Shown: positions 29,701 to 38,457 of the stretch, one piece after another
Numbering within the stretch: position 1 is the first letter of the stretch
Layout of the letters: each line of letters begins with the position of its first letter
Source of the DNA: Polyangiales bacterium
Lineage (GTDB): Bacteria > Myxococcota_A > Polyangia > Polyangiales > Ga0077539
Direction of reading: 5' to 3'
DNA length: 64,000 bases
Assembly (NCBI GenBank): GCA_044229975.1
Contig: JBGARZ010000013.1
Location: 32,001 to 96,000, forward strand
Notes under the pieces: model-generated
Database searches by the model: none
What the model saw: only the letters and a program-made list of their open reading frames with translations
What the model was told of the DNA's origin: nothing
Position numbers and translations under genes: made by a program

Positions 29701-31552
29701 CACGGGCCTCGGCCTGGAGGTGCTGGTGCTGCGCGGATCGACCCCCGACGGACGCCGCGTTGCGGGCCGTTGGACGGCGCCGAGCGGTCACGGCGGAGCG
29801 CTCGCCATCGGCGACCCCGACCCGACGCCGGTGCGCCCGGTGGGTGCGTACGAACGACGGGTGTTCGACGCGCGTCGGCGCGGTGGCTTCGTCCCGCACG
29901 AGCTCTTCCGCGTGCTGGCGCGCGAGGACGCCGACGGTCCGCTGCCTCCCGGTCGCTTCGTCGAGCTCGACCTCGACGCCTCGGGCGCGCTCGTGGCCGT
30001 CGATCGCGGCCGCGGCGAAAACACCGCCAACCTGCTCGTGGGCCGCGTGGTCAACCGCTATGCGCCCTTCGAGGACGGCCTCACGCGCGTTCTCATCGTC
30101 GGCGACCCGGGTCGCGCGATGGGCTCGCTCGCCGAGCCCGAGTGCCGTCGCATCGTGGCGGCGTTTGATCTCGCAGAGCGCGAGGGCCTGCCCGTCGAGT
30201 GGATCCCGGTGTCGTCGGGCGCGAAGATCGCCATGGACAGCGGCACCGAGAACCTCGACTGGACCGCGCGGGTGCTCGCTCGCATCGTCCACTTCACGCA
30301 GCGCGGCGGCACCGTGCACGTGCTCGTCGACGGCGTGTGCGTCGGCGCGCAGAGCTACTGGAACGCCGAAGCCACCATGCTCCAGCACTGCCGCGGCGCG
30401 CTGTTGATGACGCCCCGCGGGGCGATGCTGCTGACGGGCAAGCGCGCGCTGGAGCTCGCCGGGTCGGTGTCAGCGGAGGACAACCTCGCCATTGGCGGCT
30501 TCGAGCGGGTGATGGGCCCCAACGGCGAGGCGCAGTACTTCGCGGCCGACATCGTGTCGGCCTACCGAACGCTCTTCCGCCTCTACACCTTCACGCACGT
30601 GATGCCCGGAGAGCGATCGCCGCGCCGGCTCACGACGAGTGATCCGGTGACGCGAGACTTTGGTACGGCGCCGTACGAACCCGCGGCCGACGGGTTTACG
30701 CGGGTGGGAGAGATCTTCGACGAGGCGAGCAACCCGGGGCGCAAGCGACCGTTCGCGATTCGCCCGGTGCTGCGTGCGGTGCTCGATCAGGACCACGAGC
30801 CGCTGGAGCGCTGGGCCCCGATGGAGGGCGCCGAGAGCGCGGTGGTGTTCGACGGCTCGCTCGGTGGGGTTCCGGTGACGTGCATCGGCGTGGAGTCGCG
30901 GCCGGTGCGACGGCGCGGAGAAGCGGCGCCCGATGGTCCGTCGCAGTGGACGGCGGGGACGCTGTTTCCGCTGTCGTCGAAGAAGGTGGCGCGCGCGCTC
31001 AACGCGGCGTCGGGCGTGCGGCCCGCGGTGGTGCTGGCCAACCTGTCGGGCTTCGACGGGTCGCCGGAGTCGCTGCGCGAGTTGCAGCTGGAGTACGGCG
31101 CGGAGATCGGGCGCGCGGTGGTGAACTTCCGCGGGCGGCTGATCTTCTGCGTGATCTCGCGCTACCACGGCGGGGCGTACGTGGTGTTCTCGCGGGCGCT
31201 CAACGAGGGGTTGGATGCGATGGCGCTGTCGGGCTCGTACGCGAGCGTGATCGGCGGGGCGCCGGCGGCGGAGGTGGTGTTCCCGGGCGTGGTGCGGAAG
31301 AGGGCGGCGGCCGATCGGGACGTGGTGGCGGCGCGGGCGCTGCTGGAGGTGGGGACGGACGCCGAGCAGGCCGCGGCGCTGCTGCGCTACGAGCAGGCGC
31401 TGAAGGAGGCGACGATGCGCGAGCGGGCCGCGGTGGCGCGCGAGTTCGACGCGGTGCACACGGTGGAGCGCGCGAGGGACGTCGGGTCGATCGGCGCGAT
31501 CGTGGGCGCGGCGGGGCTGCGCGAGGAGCTGGCGCGGCGCATCGGGGGGTGA
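26717..31552 (+). CDS. Single-chain biotin-dependent acyl-CoA carboxylase (BC-BCCP-CT fusion)
   Basis: BC: WPGWGFLSEN, GGGGRG, QRRHQKVIEE, EMNTRLQVEHPVTE. BCCP: EVMKME. CT: SSGAKIAMDSG, LANLSGFDGSPES, SRYHGGAY. Confidence 0.93.
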   Translation: MTHRPFRRVGVVNRAEAATRFLRGARAWSLLHDLPLEVVAFYTDPDAGAPFVRDADAEVALGPAMVAAPDGRRRSAYLDIPTIVARLVESGCDAVWPGWGFLSENPAFVDAVTAAGIVFIGPPAEAMRRLGDKIAAKRLAEANGVPVTPWSHGPVADAAEAKRHAERIGYPVLVKAVAGGGGRGIRVVTDPTQLEAAFRSASDEARAAFGDASLLVEALLPEARHVEVQVLADAHGNVHAVGTRDCSMQRRHQKVIEEGPAPLLPAATLDGVCRSAVAVARASGYVNAGTAEFLVTPDGERFVFLEMNTRLQVEHPVTECTTGLDLVGAQIDVAMGARIESTPPTRGHAIEVRLNAEDPEHNFAPSAGRLHRFDLPHGPGVRVDSGFEAGGTVPTEFDSMLAKLIVTGATRDEALARLADALTRTTIAIEGGASNRALLLDLVRSPEFRRGPVTTRWLDRWVNERPSGLDRAGAAVALVAGAIIECEHVRRRHVVNFLRQARGSGVPTSAPVSEPRGVRFTVDGTSVALEVATIGPRRFRVSDGSGAVEARFEFTDRSTGTLTVAGRRHRVVVVRSARELSIEVDGVAHSLRRASDGRVVAPLPAVVAGVDVKAGESVTAGQRLATLEVMKMEFAVESPVDGVVTRVLVDQGVHVSAGDAIAFVVAARDSMSIAAPDVLKPVAGRRPADDWGDPVAVLRGTLLGYELPAPAVTAALAALRDHGATFPLARLLDLLEVHVAREALFDRALLADGTAAVDAFAEYLRLPVRDGLVEGFEPLLVRALACYEVRSLAVTPILESALLRIAQARRARDDHGVILLAALSALDRLADAGATDDTARALFERLSTLEAARNPRLADAAWTAAYLLCDRVDHVDPTPLAPGPELHEELGRLSLFDLTWIPSATGARVALARAHSDPGDARLIGFVQLQRLPAPGEDLDRCYLETVHTLRRTVSAPEQLGVKLGGARLLVAFNDPLPTDRGPFEEAARALAAPATGLGLEVLVLRGSTPDGRRVAGRWTAPSGHGGALAIGDPDPTPVRPVGAYERRVFDARRRGGFVPHELFRVLAREDADGPLPPGRFVELDLDASGALVAVDRGRGENTANLLVGRVVNRYAPFEDGLTRVLIVGDPGRAMGSLAEPECRRIVAAFDLAEREGLPVEWIPVSSGAKIAMDSGTENLDWTARVLARIVHFTQRGGTVHVLVDGVCVGAQSYWNAEATMLQHCRGALLMTPRGAMLLTGKRALELAGSVSAEDNLAIGGFERVMGPNGEAQYFAADIVSAYRTLFRLYTFTHVMPGERSPRRLTTSDPVTRDFGTAPYEPAADGFTRVGEIFDEASNPGRKRPFAIRPVLRAVLDQDHEPLERWAPMEGAESAVVFDGSLGGVPVTCIGVESRPVRRRGEAAPDGPSQWTAGTLFPLSSKKVARALNAASGVRPAVVLANLSGFDGSPESLRELQLEYGAEIGRAVVNFRGRLIFCVISRYHGGAYVVFSRALNEGLDAMALSGSYASVIGGAPAAEVVFPGVVRKRAAADRDVVAARALLEVGTDAEQAAALLRYEQALKEATMRERAAVAREFDAVHTVERARDVGSIGAIVGAAGLREELARRIGG
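31459..31540 (+). repeat. Direct repeat copy 1 (carboxylase 3' end), left island boundary
   Basis: 82 bp, 71/82 identical to 35508-35589 by manual alignment. The first 24 bp are exact. Confidence 0.9.
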
Positions 31553-31885
31553 TGAAGGGTGGAGGAGCGGAGCACGCTGAGACGGCACCCTTCTCGGAAA
31601 GGCCACCCGGCCGATGGGTCCAACGATACGCCCTTGTCGGCGCGAGTCCGCGCGGGTTTTCAGACCGCCTTCTTGCGCGTGGTTCCCACCTCGTGGCCGC
31701 TCCCAGAGCTCCCTAACATCGCCCGGGCGACCATCACGCTGACGCGATCTGCAAAGCCCTACGTGGCTCGGCATGGATCGTGACGAGTTCGCCGCGCTAG
31801 TGACCCTGTTGGTCGGGCTGACTCAACGCGAATCCGATTGTGTTGTGGTTTAGGATGCGTGACGTTGGCTACACGTGATGCCGTC

Positions 31886-32995
31886 ATGAACTCCCGGCCC
31901 CCGTCATCGCCGCTTGATGCCCTGAACGCGGTTTGTCCGTACTACACGATGTTTCCACTCTCGTTTCCGCTGCGACAGCTTCGCAACGCCAAACGGAATG
32001 ACTGGGTGCTCGATCCGTTCTGTGGTCGAGGAACGACTGTCCTAGCCGCGAGGAAACTCGGCCTCCCCGTCGTGGGAGTCGACAGCAATCCCGTCGCTGC
32101 CGCGATCGCGGAAGCGAAGCTCGTCAGCGTGTCGGCCGAGCGGATAGTGACCGTTTGCCGGGAGCTCATCGAGGCGGGTTCAAACGACGAGGTCGCACCG
32201 CGCGGCCTCTTCTGGAGGCTTTGCTTCACGGATCCCACGCTGCGCGCGCTACTTCGACTGAGAACTGCGCTGTTGCGCGACTGCCGAACCCCAGCCCGAA
32301 AGGCGCTTCGCGCAATCCTGCTTGGCAGCCTTCACGGACCTCGGAACAAGGGGTTCCCTTCTTATTTCTCGAATCAGATGCCACGGACCTATGCCGCCAA
32401 GCCTGACTATGCGGTCCGTTATTGGCAAAAACACGGATTGAAACCAATCGACGTCGATCTCGTCGACCTCGTCCGACGAAAAGCTGCTCGCTACTATCCG
32501 GAGCGACTCGCACCGGCGCGGGGGCGGATTGTGCAAGCCGACAGCAGAACAGGCTCCTTGGAGGGTGATCGCCCGATCAACTGGGTGATCACCTCACCGC
32601 CGTACTATGGGATGCGGACCTACGTCCCTGACCAGTGGCTTCGGAGCTGGTTTCTGGGCGGACCGGCCACGGTTGACTACTCCATGGAAGGCCAACTCTT
32701 GCACAGGTCCGCCGATGTGTTCACCGACGAACTTGCAACTGTTTGGAACAACGTCGCGCGTCACTGCGCCCCGAGAGCTTCCATGGTGGTGCGATTCGGC
32801 GGCATTCAAGACCGCGACGTTGAGCCACGCGATCTGCTCCGGCGGTCCATCGCTCTGTCCGATGTGGGCTGGAGGCTCAAGACGACGAAGTCAGCCGGCT
32901 TCGCGACGGCCGGGAAGCGACAGGCGGCGCAGTTTGGCGAGTCATTGAAGAACGGCGTCGAAGAATTTGACTTTCATCTAAGGCTAGAGGGCTGA
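31886..32995 (+). CDS. Site-specific DNA methyltransferase (N4-cytosine/N6-adenine type)
   Basis: YYTMFP, VLDPFCGRGTT (SAM binding), GVDSNPVA and VITSPPYY (SPPY catalytic motif). Confidence 0.88.
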   Translation: MNSRPPSSPLDALNAVCPYYTMFPLSFPLRQLRNAKRNDWVLDPFCGRGTTVLAARKLGLPVVGVDSNPVAAAIAEAKLVSVSAERIVTVCRELIEAGSNDEVAPRGLFWRLCFTDPTLRALLRLRTALLRDCRTPARKALRAILLGSLHGPRNKGFPSYFSNQMPRTYAAKPDYAVRYWQKHGLKPIDVDLVDLVRRKAARYYPERLAPARGRIVQADSRTGSLEGDRPINWVITSPPYYGMRTYVPDQWLRSWFLGGPATVDYSMEGQLLHRSADVFTDELATVWNNVARHCAPRASMVVRFGGIQDRDVEPRDLLRRSIALSDVGWRLKTTKSAGFATAGKRQAAQFGESLKNGVEEFDFHLRLEG

Positions 32996-32997
32996 CC

Positions 32998-34329
32998 ATG
33001 ACAAAGTCCACACCAAAGGGAACTACGTCCAAGGGACCAGCGACTGAGGTGCCGACGACAGGGAAAGCCAAGTCGTGGCTGCTCCCTTGGGAGATTGTGT
33101 CGCCTCCAATGGACACATCTGCCGTCACCGCGTCCGACGAGGACCTGAATGTCCGTTACGTTAAGGGAGAGATCCGAATAGTCACTGAGCAGGCGCGATA
33201 TTCTATCGGTACCGTGCGGCAGATGCTCGCCACCGAGGTTGAAGGCGGCGACGGCGCAGGCGAGAAGCAATATCAACTCGATCCCGAATACCAACGTCGG
33301 CACCGATGGTCCAAACGACAGAAGTCCCGACTCATCGAGTCGTTCCTAATGAATATCCCTGTCCCACCAGTTTTTATTTACGAAAGAGACTTCAACAAAT
33401 ATGAAGTAATGGACGGACGTCAACGCCTGACAGCCATTAACGACTTCTATGCCGGCGCCTTCGCGCTGACCGAACTCGAATACTGGAAGGAACTCGATGG
33501 CCGCAAATACTCTGAACTTCCATCCAAAATCCGCGATGGAATCGACCGAAGGTACCTATCTGCCATCGTTCTACTCAAGGAGTCGGGTGGCAGTGACGCG
33601 GACTCTGGCGTGCGCGAAGCGCGGCTCAAGAAGCTGGTTTTCGCGAGGCTTAACAGTGGAGGCGTCGATCTCGAAGGCCAGGAACTCCGCAACGCCATAT
33701 ATGGAGGCCCGTTAAACAAGCTCTGTTTGGAACTCTCCCGCTACCAACCCTTCCGAGACATGTGGGGCTTTCCATCCATGGATGTTCTCGACGCAGATGA
33801 CACCTCGTCCGATGACGAAGACGACGGAGAAAACTCTCATCCTGTGTCGAGGCGAGCGATCGAGCGGGTGCGCAGGATGGAGGATGTCGAGCTGGTTCTC
33901 GAGTTCTTCGCTTACCGACACATCAACAAATTTCCCGGCGCACTGAATAAAAAGAAGGAGTTTCTCGACTGGTTCATTGGCGCATTCCGATTCTCCGGAC
34001 CGCAACTAGAAGAATATGCGGCGCTGTTCCGCGACACCATCGATCTACTGTCCTCGATTTTGGGGGAGACAGCGTTCCATAGCTGGCGCCAACAACCCAT
34101 GAAGGTCGTCTATGACCCCATGATGTTCGTGGCTAGCCGATACCATTCCCCTGTTGACCGGGACCTACTTGTTCAGGGAAAGAATGTTGTCAGCGCGAAG
34201 GTAAAGGCGATGTTCGATGCCAACAAGGAGATTTTTGGCGGAAGGAAGACCAACGACTCTTACATCGCCAAGCGAAACGATGCTGTCGCCAACGTGTTTG
34301 CGGCGGTGCTCTCTGAACTCCGGCGATGA
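32998..34329 (+). CDS. DUF262 (GmrS/ParB-like) domain protein
   Basis: PEYQRRHRW, LIESFLMNIPVPPVF, VMDGRQRLTAI and FARLNSGG. Confidence 0.9.
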   Translation: MTKSTPKGTTSKGPATEVPTTGKAKSWLLPWEIVSPPMDTSAVTASDEDLNVRYVKGEIRIVTEQARYSIGTVRQMLATEVEGGDGAGEKQYQLDPEYQRRHRWSKRQKSRLIESFLMNIPVPPVFIYERDFNKYEVMDGRQRLTAINDFYAGAFALTELEYWKELDGRKYSELPSKIRDGIDRRYLSAIVLLKESGGSDADSGVREARLKKLVFARLNSGGVDLEGQELRNAIYGGPLNKLCLELSRYQPFRDMWGFPSMDVLDADDTSSDDEDDGENSHPVSRRAIERVRRMEDVELVLEFFAYRHINKFPGALNKKKEFLDWFIGAFRFSGPQLEEYAALFRDTIDLLSSILGETAFHSWRQQPMKVVYDPMMFVASRYHSPVDRDLLVQGKNVVSAKVKAMFDANKEIFGGRKTNDSYIAKRNDAVANVFAAVLSELRR

Positions 34330-34341
34330 GAGGGTTGAACG

Positions 34342-35406
34342 ATGCGCGCGACCCTCGAAGACTTCCTGAAGCGAATCTCAGATCTCCTCACGCTCTTGAA
34401 GGACGGCGCGCGGGTGGAAGAGCACCTGAAGTCGCGGAATGATCCGGCCCTCGCCGAGTATCTGCGCGTGCGACGAACCTTCGACTATGCGGGATTGGTG
34501 GTTCTGTTATACGCGCACTTCGAGCAATTCGTGGAAAACCTTGTCTGGTCCTATGCTGACGCTATGTCGAAGAATCTGGTGTATGTGAAGTTGCCAGAAG
34601 GCCTCAAGACGCGGCACCTTGAAATTTCAGTCGACTTACTCGCGAGGAAGCGGATCGGGTCCGGACGTTACGAGAACCTGACCGAACTTGGCGTCGTCCG
34701 GAACCTTTTTGAGTGCGCTCACGACAACCGCCCGGCCAACCTCACACGCGAAGCCTTAGTCCATCACGAGAGAAACCTCCGGGCAGATGTGATCACGGAC
34801 CTCTTTGCGGGCGTTGGTATCAACGACGTCAACGCGCGTGCCTGCAAGGCTGATGCGTTGATGAAGTGGGCAGAAGCCTTGGAGGGTAGCGCCCGACCCA
34901 TTCCTACCTCGCAGGTGGCGGCGAAACTCAATAGGCTCGTTGATCTCCGAAACGACATCGCCCACCGCGGAACGACAGATGACATTACTACGTTTGACAA
35001 CATTACCGAATTGGTGATCTTCGTGGAGGCATACGGACGCGCACTGCACGCAACCGTTGTCACCCACCACCTCCGAACTCTTCTGAAGGATTCGTCACCG
35101 CTCACCATCACTGAGGGACCGTTGAAGGAAGGACGCGTCGTCGTTGTAACGAACCCGCCAGTTGCATTGCGGAAATGGCAAGCCGTATGCGCCTTTGCCG
35201 GCGACCCGAACACGGATGCACGGTGGGGCTACGTCGAGAGCCTCCAGATCAACGACGAAGAAGTCGATGAAGCGCCTCTCGGTGCCGCTGAAGTCGGGCT
35301 CATGCTCACCTTCGAGTGTTTCAAGAACACCGCGCTACATCCTTTGGCCATGCCGGACCCGTTGCTCTGGCCGCCTCCGGCTTCGTCTTCGAATGACGCG
35401 GCCTGA
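34342..35406 (+). CDS. HEPN nuclease (RiboL-PSP / MAE_28990-like) with C-terminal beta-barrel
   Basis: VVLLYAHFEQFVE and RNDIAH (Rx4H). The C-terminal VESLQINDEEVDEA...EVGL resembles EF-Tu domain II. Confidence 0.8.
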   Translation: MRATLEDFLKRISDLLTLLKDGARVEEHLKSRNDPALAEYLRVRRTFDYAGLVVLLYAHFEQFVENLVWSYADAMSKNLVYVKLPEGLKTRHLEISVDLLARKRIGSGRYENLTELGVVRNLFECAHDNRPANLTREALVHHERNLRADVITDLFAGVGINDVNARACKADALMKWAEALEGSARPIPTSQVAAKLNRLVDLRNDIAHRGTTDDITTFDNITELVIFVEAYGRALHATVVTHHLRTLLKDSSPLTITEGPLKEGRVVVVTNPPVALRKWQAVCAFAGDPNTDARWGYVESLQINDEEVDEAPLGAAEVGLMLTFECFKNTALHPLAMPDPLLWPPPASSSNDAA

Positions 35407-35507
35407 TTTGTGCTGGTTTGGACTCCGCGATAGGCGTCTTGGTGGCCTGAAGGGGCGGGGGTTTGGCGCCGTCGATCTAGCTTCCCCCGGTCGGTCGCCG
35501 GAGTCGC

Positions 35508-35589
35508 CACGGTGGAGCGCGCGAGGGACGTGGGCTCGATTGGCGCGATCGTAACGGCGACGCGGCTGCGCGAGGAGCAGGCGCAGCGC
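35508..35589 (+). repeat. Direct repeat copy 2 (diverged carboxylase 3' end), right island boundary
   Basis: Encodes TVERARDVGSIGAIVTATRLREEQAQR versus TVERARDVGSIGAIVGAAGLREELARR in the gene. Confidence 0.9.
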
Positions 35590-35597
35590 GACGCCGT

Positions 35598-36146
35598 TCA
35601 CCCGCTGGTCGTGAGGCTCACGCTGACCACTGCGACGGTCCGGCGCCCCGCGGCGACGGGCGCGATGAGGTCGCCGCGCGCCTGGAGGCAGGCGGTGAAG
35701 CGCGGGCCGGGGCTACGAGCGACGCGCGCGATGGTGACGACTCCGCGGCGGTCGACGGCCAGACTGATCTCCACGCGGGCGGATGACACGGCGGGGTTCA
35801 CCCGGAGCAGCTCCTGCCAGCAGGTGTTGACGATGCGGGAGTCGTTGAACGCCTGAACGACGCGGCCCGTCCGGCGCATCTGCCGCGTTTGTTCGAGGTC
35901 GCAGGGGGAGCCCGGGGGCCAGCGAAAGAAGGGCGCCAACGGACGCCCGTCCATCCTCGGAGAAAACCACGGGTCGATGTCGGGCCCCCTCTCGGGTTGG
36001 GGGAGCGGTTCACCACAGCGTCGTAGTGTCGCCGCATCGGGGCGTGGCTCCGCGCGACGGTGACGGCGTCGCTGCTGCTGAGCGTCGGCGTCACCGCCGA
36101 GGAACGCCAGCGTCAGCCACGCCGCGATCGCTGCGGCCCCGCGCAT
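35598..36146 (-). CDS. Secreted protein, AgmX/PglI C-terminal (TonB-C-like) domain
   Basis: Signal peptide ending ADA, then CWQELLRVNP...VEISLAVDRRGVV...ACL. The start overlaps the upstream stop (TGATG). Confidence 0.6.
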   Translation of the reverse strand: MRGAAAIAAWLTLAFLGGDADAQQQRRRHRRAEPRPDAATLRRCGEPLPQPERGPDIDPWFSPRMDGRPLAPFFRWPPGSPCDLEQTRQMRRTGRVVQAFNDSRIVNTCWQELLRVNPAVSSARVEISLAVDRRGVVTIARVARSPGPRFTACLQARGDLIAPVAAGRRTVAVVSVSLTTSG

Positions 36147-37216
36147 CAACCCCTCCGCGAGGCGGCGACGGTCGCCTCTGTCGGTCCCTCCGCGTCGGCC
36201 GCGGGCGCGTCCCCGGCGAGCTCGATGCGCACCCCGGACGGCGCACCGGCGTCTCGGCCCCGCGACGACTCGGCGCGGAGCAGCCGACCGAGCGCGAAGG
36301 CGTTCTCCGTCGCGTGCGAGACCACCACGGGGCGGCCGAGCGTGGCCGCATCGAAGCTCAGGCTGTACGCGTCCTCGCTCACTGCGCCGATGGCGCCCCA
36401 GGGGATCCACCCCGCTGAGATCGGGGCGGCGCGGTAGTGGGCGTTCGGGACGGACGCCGGGTCGTAGCTGGTGAGCGGCGCCACGCCCTGCGACGAGACC
36501 GCGACGCCGCCGGTGCGACGCGCGTTACGCCACGTCGACAGCGAGCGCAGCATGAACCCGCCCGACGCCACGAGGAAGATGACCGCCCGGACGGCGCCCA
36601 CGCCGTTGGAGCGCTCGCCCGCCATGAACGCGGCGAGCATCCCCAGCGCGGCGAGCATGAAGAAGCCGAAGAGCGTCACCGCCCCGAGCGGAAACTTCGC
36701 CCGGTCGACGAAGGAGAGCGTCTCACCCGCCCGAAGCCGCTCGCCCATACGCGCGGCGACCGCGTCGGCGACGAGCTCGGCGGGACCCTGCACGTCGCGG
36801 TAGAGCGCGTGGACCACCACCGGCGCGCCGCTGCCTGCGGCGAAGGTGACGCTCGCCGGCGCGTTGGGACTGAACGCCCGGCGCGGGTCGAACCAGGCGA
36901 ACCCGACCCGCGTGACGTCGCGGTACTCGACGCGCTGCGAGCGAGCGCCCCGCCAGCCAACGAGGTAGTCGGCGAAGAACTCGACGCGGTCCTTCCAGCG
37001 GAGCGCGAACGAGCCGATCACCCCCGCGAGGATGGCCCCGGCGGCGGCAAAGCTGAGCCACGGGACGTGGGTGGCCGCACCGACGATCAGCCCGAGCCAC
37101 GGCAGCATGATCGCCGCGAGCAGGTGGTTCAGCGCCAGGGTCAAGCGGCGCTGCGCGGGCAACACCACGAGCGGCGTCGGGCCGCCGCCGGGAGCGCCCG
37201 TGTCCGCCGACGTCAT
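36146..37216 (-). CDS. Hypothetical membrane protein (about 4 TM)
   Basis: Two pairs of hydrophobic helices and GC-rich codon usage. Confidence 0.65.
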   Translation of the reverse strand: MTSADTGAPGGGPTPLVVLPAQRRLTLALNHLLAAIMLPWLGLIVGAATHVPWLSFAAAGAILAGVIGSFALRWKDRVEFFADYLVGWRGARSQRVEYRDVTRVGFAWFDPRRAFSPNAPASVTFAAGSGAPVVVHALYRDVQGPAELVADAVAARMGERLRAGETLSFVDRAKFPLGAVTLFGFFMLAALGMLAAFMAGERSNGVGAVRAVIFLVASGGFMLRSLSTWRNARRTGGVAVSSQGVAPLTSYDPASVPNAHYRAAPISAGWIPWGAIGAVSEDAYSLSFDAATLGRPVVVSHATENAFALGRLLRAESSRGRDAGAPSGVRIELAGDAPAADAEGPTEATVAASRRG

Positions 37217-37317
37217 CGCTCTTCCCCGTGCAGCACGGCCAAAGTCTGGACGCGTCACCCTCGCGTGTGAAGCTCGAAGCGACCGCCCGACCAGAGCGGG
37301 TATCTTCGCGCGCGACG

Positions 37318-38283
37318 ATGACGCGACCGCCAACCACCCGATCACCAACCGCTCCGAGCACCACGAGGCGCTGGCAGCTCCTCGCGATCTGCGTCGGCCT
37401 CTTCTCGTCGTCGTGTGACACCGCCACCCCTTTGCCCGACGCGTCCGCCTTGCTCGATGCATCACGCGATGCGCCGTCGGTCGATGCCCCGAGGCCGCCC
37501 TGCGCTCCGCGCGACAACGTGCTGCTCTGCGGCGCTCCGTTGCTCATCGCACACCGCGGCGGCGGCGCCCTGCGGCCCGAGGAGACCCTCGCGGCGTTCG
37601 CAAACGCCGCCGCGCTCCACGCCGACGTGCTTGAGCTCGACGTGCACTCGACCGCCGACGGCGAGGTCGTGTGCATGCACGACGACACGGTCGACCGCAC
37701 CACCAACGGCACCGGCGCATTGCACGGGCTCACGCTCGCCCAGGTGCGCGCGCTCGACGCCGGCTATCGGTTCACGACCGACCGCGGAGCGACCTTTCCG
37801 TATCGCGGGATGGGCATCACCGTTCCGACGCTGGCCGAGGTGCTCGCGGCACACCCGACCGCGTGGTTCTCGATCGAGATCAAACAGACCGAGCCCAACA
37901 TCGTCGACCGGGTGCTGACGATCGTCGACGCGAACCGCGCCGCAGGCCGCGTCGTGCTCGTGTCGTTCAACGATTCAGTGGTCCGCGAGATCCGGGCGCG
38001 ACGACCCGATGTCGTCACGGGGATGAGCCTCGCGGAGTTCGTCGCCTTCGCGGGGCTGCGGTCGTCGGTCGAAGCCACCTACGCGCCGCCGACGACCATT
38101 TCCCAGCTCCCGGCAGCCAGCGTCAACGCGGAGGTCGTCGCGCGCGCCGGGCGCCTCGGGGTGCGCCTCCACGCGTGGACGGTCAACGATCGCGAGACGA
38201 TGGTGAGGCTCCTCGACCTCGGCGTGCACGGCATCATGACCGACGACCCAGCGCTCCTCGCCGACGTGCTCGCGCACCGCTGA
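37318..38283 (+). CDS. Glycerophosphodiester phosphodiesterase (probable lipoprotein)
   Basis: IAHRGG, PEET, LELDVH, HDDTVDRTT, IEIK, AWTVND and GIMTDDP. Confidence 0.92.
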   Translation: MTRPPTTRSPTAPSTTRRWQLLAICVGLFSSSCDTATPLPDASALLDASRDAPSVDAPRPPCAPRDNVLLCGAPLLIAHRGGGALRPEETLAAFANAAALHADVLELDVHSTADGEVVCMHDDTVDRTTNGTGALHGLTLAQVRALDAGYRFTTDRGATFPYRGMGITVPTLAEVLAAHPTAWFSIEIKQTEPNIVDRVLTIVDANRAAGRVVLVSFNDSVVREIRARRPDVVTGMSLAEFVAFAGLRSSVEATYAPPTTISQLPAASVNAEVVARAGRLGVRLHAWTVNDRETMVRLLDLGVHGIMTDDPALLADVLAHR

Positions 38284-38457
38284 CCGAACCATTCCCGAAG
38301 TCACTCCCGCCACGGCGCGTCCACTCGATTGCGCCCGTGGAGTGCGACTTGTCATGCGTCGCAAATCCACCCGCAGCGCCCGCGCCGTAGCAAAACTCCC
38401 CGGCGCGCGAGCCTGTGAACAACGCGCCGGTTTTCTTGTTCACAGACGGAGAACGCG

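Larger units (their letters stand above)
31459..35589. mobile_element. Small genomic (defence) island flanked by duplicated carboxylase 3' end
   Basis: Visibly AT-richer than the flanks, bounded by direct repeats, carries MTase, DUF262 and HEPN genes. No integrase seen. Confidence 0.75.

Noticed and set aside
9580..31552. Phosphopantetheinyl transferase (pfaE)
   Set aside because: None was recognised in the window. It is presumably encoded elsewhere.
31553..31885. Integrase or transposase at the island edge; 74-aa ORF 31559-31783
   Set aside because: No recombinase motifs, and the ORF has no recognisable features.
38343..38363. TGCGAC-N9-GTCGCA palindrome upstream of the DUF4394 gene
   Set aside because: 6-bp arms are too short to distinguish from chance in GC-rich DNA.
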